A DNA stretch of 64,000 nt from Nitrososphaerota archaeon (GCA_041641295.1 JBEPYO010000001.1:384001-448000), one strand, 5' to 3'; positions 10,120 to 19,901 are shown, counted from the first letter of the stretch. A program made the numbers and translations. The notes: a model not told the origin generated them from the letters alone.

Positions 10120-10770
10120 GTGACGCCAGCTATCAACGACGCTTATGTGGGCAGGCTGAGGGAGGAGTATTCGAGACTGAAAGATGTGATTGAGCAGAGG
10201 CTTGAAGAGTTCAGGAGGGTGGATAAGAGCGATGGTTATAGGCTCTTCGAGGAGCTTGTCTTCTGCATCCTCACCCCGCAGACTAGCGCGAGAAGAGCTG
10301 ACTCGGCGGTTAGAGAGCTCTCAGAAAGGGGGCTCCTAAAGGCAGGCCGCAGCCGCGAGATATACACCGTGCTTAGGCGTTGGGGTGTTAGGTTTCCAAG
10401 CAATAAAGCCCGATACATAGTGCAGAACCGGAGAAAGTTGGAGGGTGGCTTGGCCCTTCCGCGAATTCTCGGGGCAGATGCCCACGCCACGAGGGAGGTC
10501 TTGGTGAGGGAGGTATGGGGGATGGGCTATAAGGAGGCCTCCCACTTTTTGAGAAACATAGGGTATGAGGGTCTGGCTATAATTGATAGGCACATTCTGA
10601 GAGGCCTGCTTAGAATTGGTGTGCTGGAAAGCGAGGTGGACGTCTCAAGTAGGAGTAGGTATTTGTTTGTTGAAGAGAGGTTTATGGAGGCTGCGCGGAT
10701 TGTAGGTGTACCACCAGAAGCCCTTGACCTCCTTCTATGGTATCAGGGGACTGGGGAGATTTTCAAATGA
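10120..10770 (+). CDS. ogg: 8-oxoguanine DNA glycosylase/AP lyase (Ogg2-type)
   Basis: ELVFCILTPQTSA, RFPSNKARYI, GMGYKEASHFLRNIG, IIDRHILR, LDLLLWY..TGEIFK; start uncertain. Confidence 0.92.
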   Translation: MTPAINDAYVGRLREEYSRLKDVIEQRLEEFRRVDKSDGYRLFEELVFCILTPQTSARRADSAVRELSERGLLKAGRSREIYTVLRRWGVRFPSNKARYIVQNRRKLEGGLALPRILGADAHATREVLVREVWGMGYKEASHFLRNIGYEGLAIIDRHILRGLLRIGVLESEVDVSSRSRYLFVEERFMEAARIVGVPPEALDLLLWYQGTGEIFK

Positions 10771-11699
10771 TAGCTCTCTCGGAGGATTTCAAGATGCTTG
10801 TATCACAGCTCCCGGACCTCGACCTCGAGGCCTATTTGAAGGCGGTGGAGGAGCCTTTACCCGAGTGCGTGAGGCTGAACACGTTAAAGTTCCGCGAAGA
10901 GGACGTTAAAGAGTTCATGAGTCGTAGAGGGTGGAGGCTTGAGCCACTGGCATGGGTTAGACACGGTTACAGGGTTCTCGAAGCCCCGGTGACTAATCTT
11001 GGAGACTCTATCGAACACATGCTCGGCCTAATCTATATTCAGGGTCCTGTGTCGATGCTTCCAGTAGAGGTTCTAGACGTAAGGGCTGGTGATAGGTGCC
11101 TCGACCTCTGCGCCGCGCCCGGCAGCAAGTCTACCCAGATGGCCCAGCTCGTGGGGCTCGACGGCGTTGTTGTAGCTAACGATGTCTCGAGTAAGAGGGT
11201 GAAGGCCCTCTCATTCAACCTACAGCGCTGGGGAGCGGTCAACTCAATCGTAACACTTACAGATGGTAGGCTCTTCAGCAGGTGGGCTGCAGGCTTGTTT
11301 GATAGGGTGCTCGTCGACGCGCCCTGCAGCTCTCTAGGAGTAGTGAGCAAGGACTGGTCAGTCCTCAAGAGATATAGGTACAACCATAGCAGGCGACTCC
11401 AACCACTCCAAGCAGCCCTCCTAGAATCTGGGTACAGGTGCTTAAAGCCGGGCGGAGTAATAGTCTACTCGACCTGCACAATACACCCTCTCGAGAATGA
11501 GGCAGTAATATCGCGGTTCCTTGAGAGGCATCCGGAGGCGAGGCTAGAGGAGGTCAGGCCCGCGGGTCTTAGGTGGCGCAGACCCTTGGAAGAGTTTGGT
11601 GGTGAGAGGTTCAGCCCGGAGGTGGAGAAGTGTTTCAAATGCTACCCCTACGATAACGGTGGTGAGGGGTTCTTCATCGCCAAGATTAGGAGGGAGTGA
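10767..11699 (+). CDS. RsmB/NOP2 family RNA m5C methyltransferase
   Basis: DLCAAPGSKSTQ, VLVDAPCS, YSTCT..ENE, GFFIAK; ATGA overlap with ogg. Confidence 0.93.
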   Translation: MIALSEDFKMLVSQLPDLDLEAYLKAVEEPLPECVRLNTLKFREEDVKEFMSRRGWRLEPLAWVRHGYRVLEAPVTNLGDSIEHMLGLIYIQGPVSMLPVEVLDVRAGDRCLDLCAAPGSKSTQMAQLVGLDGVVVANDVSSKRVKALSFNLQRWGAVNSIVTLTDGRLFSRWAAGLFDRVLVDAPCSSLGVVSKDWSVLKRYRYNHSRRLQPLQAALLESGYRCLKPGGVIVYSTCTIHPLENEAVISRFLERHPEARLEEVRPAGLRWRRPLEEFGGERFSPEVEKCFKCYPYDNGGEGFFIAKIRRE

Positions 11700-11702
11700 G
11701 TC

Positions 11703-12152
11703 ATGGCCCGCATCATGGGTAGAGACAGCTTCTCCACCCTCTCACGCTTCCTAAGAGTCAACGACCTCCCATCCCAGCTCGTCTTCACGGAGAAGGGTAA
11801 GAAGGTCAGGTGTGTGACACACACAGCACTGGAGACTGCTACACGCTTGAAGGGCGTTGTCACCATGGGGGTTTACGCGGCCAAGAAAATGGGCGAAGAC
11901 TACTATCTCTCAATCGAGGGTAGTCAGCTCCTCGGACCCTACCTAGAGGGGGGCGTAGTAGAGGTCTCGATGAATGAGGCGGAGAACTGGATGAGGGGGG
12001 CGCCAATCGAGAGGAGTGGCCTTGAATCGGGGATAGCCGTTGTCAAGATGGGGTGGCTCTTTCTCGGATCAGGCCGCGTCTCGCGGGATGGGCGAATCTA
12101 CCCTCTGATTCCCAAGGAAAGGATGATAAGCCATCGGAACGGTAAAGGCTAG
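11703..12152 (+). CDS. NIP7/RsmF C-terminal-like PUA-domain protein
   Basis: LSIEGSQLLG, W.RG, LGSG..., PKER; follows the m5C methyltransferase. Confidence 0.75.
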   Translation: MARIMGRDSFSTLSRFLRVNDLPSQLVFTEKGKKVRCVTHTALETATRLKGVVTMGVYAAKKMGEDYYLSIEGSQLLGPYLEGGVVEVSMNEAENWMRGAPIERSGLESGIAVVKMGWLFLGSGRVSRDGRIYPLIPKERMISHRNGKG

Positions 12153-12171
12153 CTGGTGGAGTAGAGCAGCT

Positions 12172-13482
12172 TTGAGGGACTATTACGACGTGGTTGTTGT
12201 TGGTGGAGGGATTGTGGGCGTCTTCGCAACACTCGACCTTGCACTCAGGGGAGCCTCAGTCTTACTATTGGAGAGGCGGAGGATCTGCTCGGGGACTTCT
12301 GGGAGGAGTCATGGAATGCTGCACAGCGGTGCGAGATACGCGACCACAGACCCGAAGGCTGCAGAGGAGTGTATCAAGGAGAATAGGATTCTCACGGAGA
12401 TCGCGCCCCACTGTATTCGAGATGTTGGAGGCTTCTTCGTCTCTGTAAGCCCCGAGGAGGAGGAATACCACCACCAGCTTGTAAGCTCCTGTAAAAGGGC
12501 TGGGATACCTTCAACCGACGTCGACGTAGACCTGCTCAGGACCCTAGAGCCGAACATAACGCCCAAGGCCCGCTCCGCCATCCTAGTCCCAGATAAAGTG
12601 GTTTACGCGAGGGACCTAGCCTATTCTGCCTTACTTGTAGCCCTGTCAAAGGGGGCCAGCGTAGTTGAGGGGGCTTCTGTGGAGAGGATACGGGTCGAGG
12701 GCGGCCAAGTAACTGGTGTCGAGGCGTTCTCCTCCAGCGGCTTCTTCAAGCTTCGGTGTAGGGGCGTTGTTAATGCGGCTGGACCCTGGTGTGGTGAGGT
12801 TGCAAAGAAGGCTGGTCTCTCAGTAGAGGTCATACCTGCCGCAGGAGTTATGGGGGTGGCCAGCGCCAGCCTGACACGCCACATAATAAACAGGATGAGG
12901 CCGCCGAGCGACGGCGACATAATAGTCCCATACGCAGCAGGCGCAACCATCGCGGGAACAACCGCAAAGCTCACCGAAGACCTCGAAAGAATCGAAGTAG
13001 GAGAAGAAGACGCTGAAATAATCCTCCAAGAGTGCGGGGAAGTGGTACCAGCCCTCAGGGAGGTGGGGTTTTCACGCCTCTACGCCTCCGTCAGACCGCT
13101 CATAGCGAAAAATGGGGGTGAGACAGACCTACGCGAAATGACGAGAAGTTTTGAGATTATTGACCACTCCGAGGAGGGTGTAGAAGGGTTCGTCACAGCG
13201 GTGGGGGGTAAGCTGACCACCGGTAGGCTAATAGCTGAAAACGCGGTGAACACCATAGCACGGCACCTAGGCATCCCGACGGGCAGCTTCACGGATAAGA
13301 CCAGACTCAACCATCCGAGCAAAGAGGAGGCAAAGGATATTAGGGCTGCACTAGAGGCCGGCGAGGTGGTGGGACAGCTGAGAACCATGATAGACGAGTC
13401 GCTCGAGACGATAGATGGTGAGAGGTACTGGAGCCTACTACTCCCCCTAGTCTTCGCAAAGAGAATAGGTGAGAGAGGCTGA
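12172..13482 (+). CDS. glpA: FAD-dependent glycerol-3-phosphate dehydrogenase (C-terminally short GlpA-like)
   Basis: GGGIVG, GTSGRSHGMLHSGARYA, NAAGPW, RPPSDGDI, GGKLTTGR. Confidence 0.88.
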   Translation: MRDYYDVVVVGGGIVGVFATLDLALRGASVLLLERRRICSGTSGRSHGMLHSGARYATTDPKAAEECIKENRILTEIAPHCIRDVGGFFVSVSPEEEEYHHQLVSSCKRAGIPSTDVDVDLLRTLEPNITPKARSAILVPDKVVYARDLAYSALLVALSKGASVVEGASVERIRVEGGQVTGVEAFSSSGFFKLRCRGVVNAAGPWCGEVAKKAGLSVEVIPAAGVMGVASASLTRHIINRMRPPSDGDIIVPYAAGATIAGTTAKLTEDLERIEVGEEDAEIILQECGEVVPALREVGFSRLYASVRPLIAKNGGETDLREMTRSFEIIDHSEEGVEGFVTAVGGKLTTGRLIAENAVNTIARHLGIPTGSFTDKTRLNHPSKEEAKDIRAALEAGEVVGQLRTMIDESLETIDGERYWSLLLPLVFAKRIGERG

Positions 13483-13946
13483 GGCTAGAGGGTACGATAG
13501 AGGTTACAGCAAGCCCCTCTGAGACACTGCAGAGACTCAGAGACCCTAAATGGCTGGGCAAATGCCTACCCAACCTAGCCTCACTAGAGCTCTTGAGTGA
13601 GAGGGAATTCAAGGCAACCTTCTACTTGGACCTAGAAGAGATAGCGAAGGTAACTGGATACCTCTCACGACTCAGAGCAGATATGAGGTTCAGATACGAA
13701 GACGAGGGAGGCAATGATGTGAAGGTGTTGGGAACGGGCAGGGTTGTGGGCGCAAAGATAGGCCTCACGATAGATGTAAAAGTCACACCGTCAGAGAGGG
13801 GGACGCTAATCAACTGGTCTGCAGAAGCGGACCTAGGCATAATTCAGAGAGTCCTCGGAGAGGACACTACCCGCAAGGTAGCCAAAAGGCAGATTGAACT
13901 CCTAACAGCCAGGCTCAGGGAGGCACTCAATACCGGTATAAATTAA
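13479..13946 (+). CDS. CoxG/SRPBCC family protein
   Basis: Frame open from CTG 13479 gives LRLEGTIEV...DPKWLGKCLPN, the typical CoxG N-terminus; in-frame stop at 13470. Confidence 0.78.
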   Translation: MRLEGTIEVTASPSETLQRLRDPKWLGKCLPNLASLELLSEREFKATFYLDLEEIAKVTGYLSRLRADMRFRYEDEGGNDVKVLGTGRVVGAKIGLTIDVKVTPSERGTLINWSAEADLGIIQRVLGEDTTRKVAKRQIELLTARLREALNTGIN

Positions 13947-13971
13947 GCCACTACACATCAACAAACAGACT

Positions 13972-14745
13972 TTGCCCAGAATCAAGGCCGTGCTCATGGA
14001 CCTCGACGGAACACTCTTCCTAGGCGAATCCACCATACCCGGAGCTCCCGAGTCGGTGCGGAGGATTAGAGAGTTGGGGTTGAGCATCGCCTTCCTTACG
14101 AACAACTCCTTCTACTCACGTAGGATGATCCTTGACAAGCTGGTTGAAGCGGGTATCGAGGCGCGGCCAGAGGAGATTGTGAACTCCGGTTTAGCCGCCT
14201 CGGAGTATTTGAAGGAGCATAGAGGGGTTTGCAGGGTGTTTCCAGTAGGAGATGTTGGGCTGGTGGAGGAGATTGTTTTGGGTGGTCATACCCTTGTGGC
14301 GCGGGGGGATGAGGCTGACGCCGTCGTGGCGGGCGGGACAAGGGACATAAGTTATTGGAGGCTGGTTGAGGGGCATCGCGCCATAATGAATGGTGCACTC
14401 TTCATAGCCACGAACAAGGACCACGTATACATGACTGAGAGGGGACCGATGCCTGGCGCCGGTGCACTGGTTAGCTTCCTCGAGACATCGACTAGACGTA
14501 GGGCGATACTTGTGGGCAAGCCTGAAAGATACATTGCCGACCTTGCACTCAAGAAGCTGTCCCTGAGGCCTGAGGAGGTGGTGGTAGTCGGCGACAACGA
14601 GGAGGTGGATATGGCGCTGGCTGAGGCGATAGGCTCTAAGGGGATTCTAGTCTTGACAGGTATAAGCAAGAATCCGTCGTCGAAGAAGTGGTTGGTGGCG
14701 AAGACACCAGCCGAAGTCCCCGAGAAGCTTTCTCTACTCCTCTGA
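13972..14745 (+). CDS. HAD-IIA (NagD-like) phosphatase
   Basis: DLDGT, FLTNN, GKP, VVGD...D, LVLTG. Confidence 0.92.
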   Translation: MPRIKAVLMDLDGTLFLGESTIPGAPESVRRIRELGLSIAFLTNNSFYSRRMILDKLVEAGIEARPEEIVNSGLAASEYLKEHRGVCRVFPVGDVGLVEEIVLGGHTLVARGDEADAVVAGGTRDISYWRLVEGHRAIMNGALFIATNKDHVYMTERGPMPGAGALVSFLETSTRRRAILVGKPERYIADLALKKLSLRPEEVVVVGDNEEVDMALAEAIGSKGILVLTGISKNPSSKKWLVAKTPAEVPEKLSLLL

Positions 14746-14750
14746 GGACT

Positions 14751-16634
14751 CTACATTTCTCGGAGTACTGGGATGCCTGTAAGATTCATTGCGCTGGTCT
14801 GGGCGATGATGTATGCTTGAACTAGGGCCAGCCTGAATGGCGCAGCCTCCCCACCCTCTATCACTGGGCACTTTTCGTAAAACTCGTTAAAGTTGACGGC
14901 CATCTCCCTAGAGTGTGTTATCAGCTGCCTCAACCTCAGCGTCCTAGCCGACGTCTCTATGACTAGAGGTAGGAATGATATTGAGCGTATTAGGAGCTTC
15001 TCCTCTTTGGCTAGCTCGCCGTAGGGTTTGGGGTTGGCTTCTATCCCCCGGTCCCGTGCCTTCTCGAGAATCCTGTAAGATCTGGCCACGCTGTACTGTA
15101 TGTAGGGGCCTGTGTCGCCCTCGAGTCTGGTGGCCTCCCTTAGGTCGAATACCACTGCCTTCTCAGCCTCCGACCTCAGTATCGAGTATCTGAGGGCCCC
15201 CTGTGCAATGGCCTCGGCCACCTCATCGACCTTCTCTCGAGGCCAGTCTCCATGCCTCTTCCTGACCTCTTCAGCCGCCAGCCTCTTCAACTCGTCTAGA
15301 ACCTCATCCACTTTAAAGTAAATCCCCCTTCTACCACTCATCTGTACTGCCCGCCCCTCGACGGCCTCAACACCCAGCCTCCTTGCCGAGTCCGGGCTAA
15401 GGGCTACGCGCTCATAGGAGTAGTGTATGTACCGCCCACCATCCACGCCGAGCCTTGATAACACGTATCGCACCACCTCCTGCGGCCTCCTCTGCTCAGA
15501 ACCCACGACAGTCACAACCAGGCTTGGCTTAGGGATAACAATTGGAGTGCCCGAGTCCATCTCTGTAATTGTTATTGGGGTGCCGTCTGGGTTTTGCCCC
15601 CACAGCCTGCCGTTTATCTTCACGTCAGATTCGCCCAGCTTCCATAGGGCGAAGGCGATATCCCTCGCGACATAAGTGGTGGAGCCGTCGCTCTTTACCA
15701 ATATCTCGTCACCCTCCTTGGAGAGGACTGGGTGGTCGCTGAGGTTGACGCACCAGCAGCCCCTGTTCTCTCCCTCCTCCGCCTTATAGATGATGCCCTT
15801 CTCGAGTAGTAGGTTGAAGGTCTTGGCCCAGAGGCCTGAGGCTACCACGTCGCTCTCCCTGAAGAGCAGATCGTATCTCGCTCCGAGCCTCCAGCATGTT
15901 GTGAGCTGATTGGAAAGCACCCTGTCGGCTACGAGACGTGCCTGTCTGAATTCCTCGCTGCCCTTCTCCTCTATTCTCTTGGCTAGGGACCTCAGCCTCT
16001 CCTCGAGAGACCTGTCCTCCTCCAGCCGCCGCGTGACCATGACATATACGTGGTCTCCACAATACTCGTCGAAACGTATGCCCTGGGGCGGTTCCATGGG
16101 CATCCCCAGCCCGAGGAATCCCAGAAGGACACTGGCCATCTGGGCGCCACTATCGTCCACATAGTTCAGCACATAGACCTTGTACCCCACCTTCGCGAGA
16201 ACCCGCGCAACCGTGTCCCCCAAATACACATTCCTCGCATGACCTATGTGCAAAGCCTTGTTAGGATTCACGCTCGTATGCTCAACCAATACGACGCGCC
16301 CCTCACCTTCCTGGGATCTGCCGTATCCTTCAGCCCCAAGCCTGACAACCTCGCTCAAGGTAAACTCTGAGAAGCGATGCCAATCGGCGTAGAAGTTTAT
16401 GTATCCAGGCGGGGCAGCCTCCACGCGTTCAATAAGCTCTCCACGCCCCAGCTTGGCGGCTATATCCCTCGCAAGCTCCAGAGGGCTTCCGCCACTACGC
16501 CTAGCCTCCTCGAGTGGGTATGGCGTAAAGGCCTCCCCAAACTCTGGAGACTTTGGAGGACTGATCCTCACACCCTCCAATCCAGCTCCTGACAGCAGCC
16601 GCTCCGCCTCCTCGAAGAGCTTCTTAATCGTCAA
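14751..16634 (-). CDS. argS: Arginine--tRNA ligase
   Basis: EHTSVNPNKALHIGHARN, MSGRRG, GPYIQY, FYEKCPV, C-terminal EM. Confidence 0.96.
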   Translation of the reverse strand: MTIKKLFEEAERLLSGAGLEGVRISPPKSPEFGEAFTPYPLEEARRSGGSPLELARDIAAKLGRGELIERVEAAPPGYINFYADWHRFSEFTLSEVVRLGAEGYGRSQEGEGRVVLVEHTSVNPNKALHIGHARNVYLGDTVARVLAKVGYKVYVLNYVDDSGAQMASVLLGFLGLGMPMEPPQGIRFDEYCGDHVYVMVTRRLEEDRSLEERLRSLAKRIEEKGSEEFRQARLVADRVLSNQLTTCWRLGARYDLLFRESDVVASGLWAKTFNLLLEKGIIYKAEEGENRGCWCVNLSDHPVLSKEGDEILVKSDGSTTYVARDIAFALWKLGESDVKINGRLWGQNPDGTPITITEMDSGTPIVIPKPSLVVTVVGSEQRRPQEVVRYVLSRLGVDGGRYIHYSYERVALSPDSARRLGVEAVEGRAVQMSGRRGIYFKVDEVLDELKRLAAEEVRKRHGDWPREKVDEVAEAIAQGALRYSILRSEAEKAVVFDLREATRLEGDTGPYIQYSVARSYRILEKARDRGIEANPKPYGELAKEEKLLIRSISFLPLVIETSARTLRLRQLITHSREMAVNFNEFYEKCPVIEGGEAAPFRLALVQAYIIAQTSAMNLTGIPVLREM

Positions 16635-16740
16635 TCACTCTTTCCATCCATCACTCACCAATCCTCCGGATATAAACTAAAACCCTGCATGTCCGTGAAA
16701 ACCTAAAAACGCCTCATCCGTAAACCACGATAGAGAGGCG

Positions 16741-17892
16741 ATGCCGACAAACCTCCCCGCCGAGGCTAGGCACAAGCTAGCCGAGTATCAATCGGCTAAG
16801 ACCCTCGAGGAGAAGATCGAGGTATTGAGGCAGGCTCTCTCACTGATACCAGACCATAAGGGAACCGAGAAGCTGAGGAGGCAGTTGAGGAAGCGCCTAG
16901 CCGAGCTGAGGGACGAGCTTGAGGAGAAGAAGGCTGCGAAGACAGGCGGGGTATCTGTCTTCAGCGTGAAGAAGGAGGGCTGGGCTCAGGTCGCCCTGCT
17001 AGGCGTGGCTAACTCGGGTAAATCAAGCCTCTTCAAAGCATTAACAGGGGCACCCTCACCCGTCGCAGACTATCCCCTCACAACACAGAAGCCCTACCCC
17101 GGGATGATGATCTACTCGGGCTGTGAAATACAGGTCGTAGACCTTCCAGCCCTTATGACAGAGGGCTTCGAAGAGACAAACCTAGCATCAAAGAACGTCG
17201 GAATAGCGAGAAACAGTGACCTGCTGGCCATAGTGCTGGATGGCTCCAGAGAACCGATTGCAGAGTTTAACGCCATCGAGTCTCTCTTAGAGGAGTATGG
17301 GATTACTCTGAAGAAGAGGCAGTTTGAAGTAGAGGTTGAAAGGACAGACAGCGGAGGAGTCAGGGTTGTTGTGATGGGCCAGGTTGAGGGTGGACAAGAG
17401 GCTGTCAAGACCCTCGCCCAACAGCTCGGAATAAGGTCAGCCATAATCAAGATCGTGGGGAATGTAACGCTTGACGAGCTTGAAGAGGAGCTGATCAGGA
17501 GGCCCGAGTACAAAAAATGCCTAGTGATCGTGAATAAAGCAGACATAGACGACGCCAAGGCGGATGCGGCAGTCAGAGAGCTAGAAGCCCGCGGATTCAC
17601 TGCGGTCAAAGCCTCAGCAAACTCCGCAGACCTCGAAGACGTGAAGCACAAGATCTTCAAGTCTCTCGACATGATAAGAGTCTACACTAGGAAGGATGGA
17701 GTGGTCTCGGAGAGGCCTATTCTGTTGAAGAGGGGGGCGACCGTCTCTCAGCTCGCGGAGAAGATACATAGGGATTTCTCGGAGGCGTTGAAGTACGCCA
17801 GGGTCTGGGGCCCCTCCGCCAAGGTGCAGGGTGAGAAGGTTGGCAGAGAACACGTCCTCGAGGATGGCGACATAGTAGAGATAAGAGTCTGA
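16741..17892 (+). CDS. DRG/OBG-family GTPase with TGS domain
   Basis: MPTNLP, HKGTEKL, GVANSGKS, DLP, NKAD, C-terminal TGS (HVLEDGDIVEI). Confidence 0.92.
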   Translation: MPTNLPAEARHKLAEYQSAKTLEEKIEVLRQALSLIPDHKGTEKLRRQLRKRLAELRDELEEKKAAKTGGVSVFSVKKEGWAQVALLGVANSGKSSLFKALTGAPSPVADYPLTTQKPYPGMMIYSGCEIQVVDLPALMTEGFEETNLASKNVGIARNSDLLAIVLDGSREPIAEFNAIESLLEEYGITLKKRQFEVEVERTDSGGVRVVVMGQVEGGQEAVKTLAQQLGIRSAIIKIVGNVTLDELEEELIRRPEYKKCLVIVNKADIDDAKADAAVRELEARGFTAVKASANSADLEDVKHKIFKSLDMIRVYTRKDGVVSERPILLKRGATVSQLAEKIHRDFSEALKYARVWGPSAKVQGEKVGREHVLEDGDIVEIRV

Positions 17893-17937
17893 GGATTGGG
17901 TGCGATGGTTAAATAGTCTGTAGAGCCTTGCTGAGTC

Positions 17938-18975
17938 ATGCCAATAGAGTTTAAGCGGTACACTGTTGTGTCGCGGTTTTCACCCCCAGGCGCCGATGGT
18001 GCTGAGAGGGTTCAAGAGATAGAGTTTCGGCGCGACCCGTTGACTGGTAGATGGAGTAGGATCAACATCGAGAGGGCTAGGCGACCCAAGCAGACACCAA
18101 GTGTAGTAACGGCCCTGCGGGAACTGGCTGAGAAGGCGCGTGATACCTGCCCGTTCTGCCCCGAGAGGGTAGAGACCAGTACACCCACCTTCACACTGCT
18201 ACCCTACAGGCGCCTCCACCGAGGCGACTGCTGGGTCTTCCCAAACCTATACCCCTTCTCTAAACACCACGCAGTCACCGTCTTCACCCCGCAACACTAC
18301 AAGCCACTGGGCACGATCACTCCTGAGGAGTTCAAGGCCGGCATAAACGCCTCGATAGAATATCTAAACACCCTTAAGACAATAGATAGGGCCGCATGCT
18401 ATCCAGTACTCGCTTGGAACCACCTGCCACCGGCCGGAGCCAGCATTATTCACCCTCATTTCCAAATCCTAGCCGACGAGAGGCCGCCAAGCATAGTCTC
18501 ACAAGAGATCGAGGCGAGCGAAAAATATGCGGAGAGTGGTGGCTGTTTCTGGGAGGAGCTGCTAGTGTCTGAGGAGGAGAGGGGGGAGAGGTTTGTGAAG
18601 TCGGGCAACTCTGTCTCTTGGATTACCAGTTTTTCGCCAATCGGTAACAGGGAGGTCATGGCGATCTTCAAGGGTAAGTCCTCACTGGATGGTCTAGGCC
18701 CCTATGAGGTGGAGGAGTTTGTAGAGGGGCTAGCATCCCTGCTGAAATATTACTCCGAGTCCGGGTTGGAGAGTCTGAACATGCTCTTCTACTCCGGCCC
18801 ACTGGGAGACGACATAAGCAGATACTTCTACCTACACGCAAGGATAATAGCGAGGCCATCTCCTTCAACACTCTACGTGAACGATGACGGCTTCTTAGAG
18901 AAGCTATGCGCCGAGCCCGTCATAGATATGACGCCAGAAGACCTCGCAAATGCTCTAAAAAGATACATGAAGTAG
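17938..18975 (+). CDS. galT: Galactose-1-phosphate uridylyltransferase
   Basis: RRDPLTG, CPFCP, NLYPF, AGASIIHPHFQ. Confidence 0.88.
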   Translation: MPIEFKRYTVVSRFSPPGADGAERVQEIEFRRDPLTGRWSRINIERARRPKQTPSVVTALRELAEKARDTCPFCPERVETSTPTFTLLPYRRLHRGDCWVFPNLYPFSKHHAVTVFTPQHYKPLGTITPEEFKAGINASIEYLNTLKTIDRAACYPVLAWNHLPPAGASIIHPHFQILADERPPSIVSQEIEASEKYAESGGCFWEELLVSEEERGERFVKSGNSVSWITSFSPIGNREVMAIFKGKSSLDGLGPYEVEEFVEGLASLLKYYSESGLESLNMLFYSGPLGDDISRYFYLHARIIARPSPSTLYVNDDGFLEKLCAEPVIDMTPEDLANALKRYMK

Positions 18976-19038
18976 CCATCACTACAAGTAGGAGAGATAG
19001 GAATTTTATTCTCCACCCCATATGGGCTTGGTGAGGGC

Positions 19039-19332
19039 TTGATTACCGTCAAGACAAGGTACTATGCATATCTACGCGAGCTAACAGGCATCCGGGAGGA
19101 GGAGATAGTCCTAAATGATGGAGCGACAGTGGGCACCCTCATTGAACACCTCATCCAGAAATATGGGGACAGGTTCAAGAGCTACATACTTGCCGACAAC
19201 ATGGAGCTGAAGCCGAGCATCGCCATTGCTATTAATGGTGTCAAGGTCTCTGATGAGCCGCTCAAAAGAATACTGAGGGATGGAGACACACTGGTTATCC
19301 TACCCCCAATATCAGGGGGGGTTATCGTCTAA
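19039..19332 (+). CDS. MoaD/ThiS-family ubiquitin-like protein (SAMP/Urm1-like)
   Basis: YYAYLRELTG, IAING, LRDGDTLVILPPISGG followed by VIV. Confidence 0.9.
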   Translation: MITVKTRYYAYLRELTGIREEEIVLNDGATVGTLIEHLIQKYGDRFKSYILADNMELKPSIAIAINGVKVSDEPLKRILRDGDTLVILPPISGGVIV

Positions 19333-19648
19333 GCCTCCTCAACGCATCCAAGTCCATCGTCCCGTACGTCCTATACACATTTACCACGAGCATGACCCCG
19401 ACCGTTATGACCGCGGCTCCTGCAGCCATGGAGAGGACGACTATTGCTAGGGCGTAGGGGTCTATTCCGCCTGGACTGTTCATCGCAAAGACAACGAAGT
19501 TTAGATGGGCTGCGTTGATCATCAGCTCGACCCCTATCAACTGTTTGATGATGTTCCTCTTGGTGGCGAGGGTGTATATCCCGATTACGAAGATTAGGCC
19601 GGCGAAGATTGTGTAGATTGTTGGGCTAAGGGCCAATCTTCTACTCAC
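19322..19648 (-). CDS. nuoK: NADH-quinone oxidoreductase subunit K-like
   Basis: GIYTL..RNIIK.LIGVELMINAA; three TM helices; LRR end. Confidence 0.85.
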   Translation of the reverse strand: MSRRLALSPTIYTIFAGLIFVIGIYTLATKRNIIKQLIGVELMINAAHLNFVVFAMNSPGGIDPYALAIVVLSMAAGAAVITVGVMLVVNVYRTYGTMDLDALRRLRR

Positions 19649-19901
19649 CCTCCCTCAAGAGTGAGACGAGGCCGACAACTATTGCCAGAAGCATCACTAT
19701 GACCCCTGTTAGTACTGGGAAGAATCCGCCCCATACATAGTCGCTCAAGACTCGGCCGACATCCTCAAGCCCGCCACTTATCACCCTCCGCAGGTTCTCA
19801 CCCCAATACTCGTAGAGCAGGGGCCGCGTAGCTAGGCTTGTCAGGAATAGTGCCGAGAAGAGGGCTGTGGCGAGTATTCCCAACACCTCGTTCAGCCTCA
19901 A
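19641..19901 (-). CDS. NuoJ C-terminal half-like membrane protein
   Basis: Two TM segments, lies between NuoJ-N and NuoK with overlapping starts/stops. Confidence 0.65.
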   Translation of the reverse strand: MRLNEVLGILATALFSALFLTSLATRPLLYEYWGENLRRVISGGLEDVGRVLSDYVWGGFFPVLTGVIVMLLAIVVGLVSLLREGE

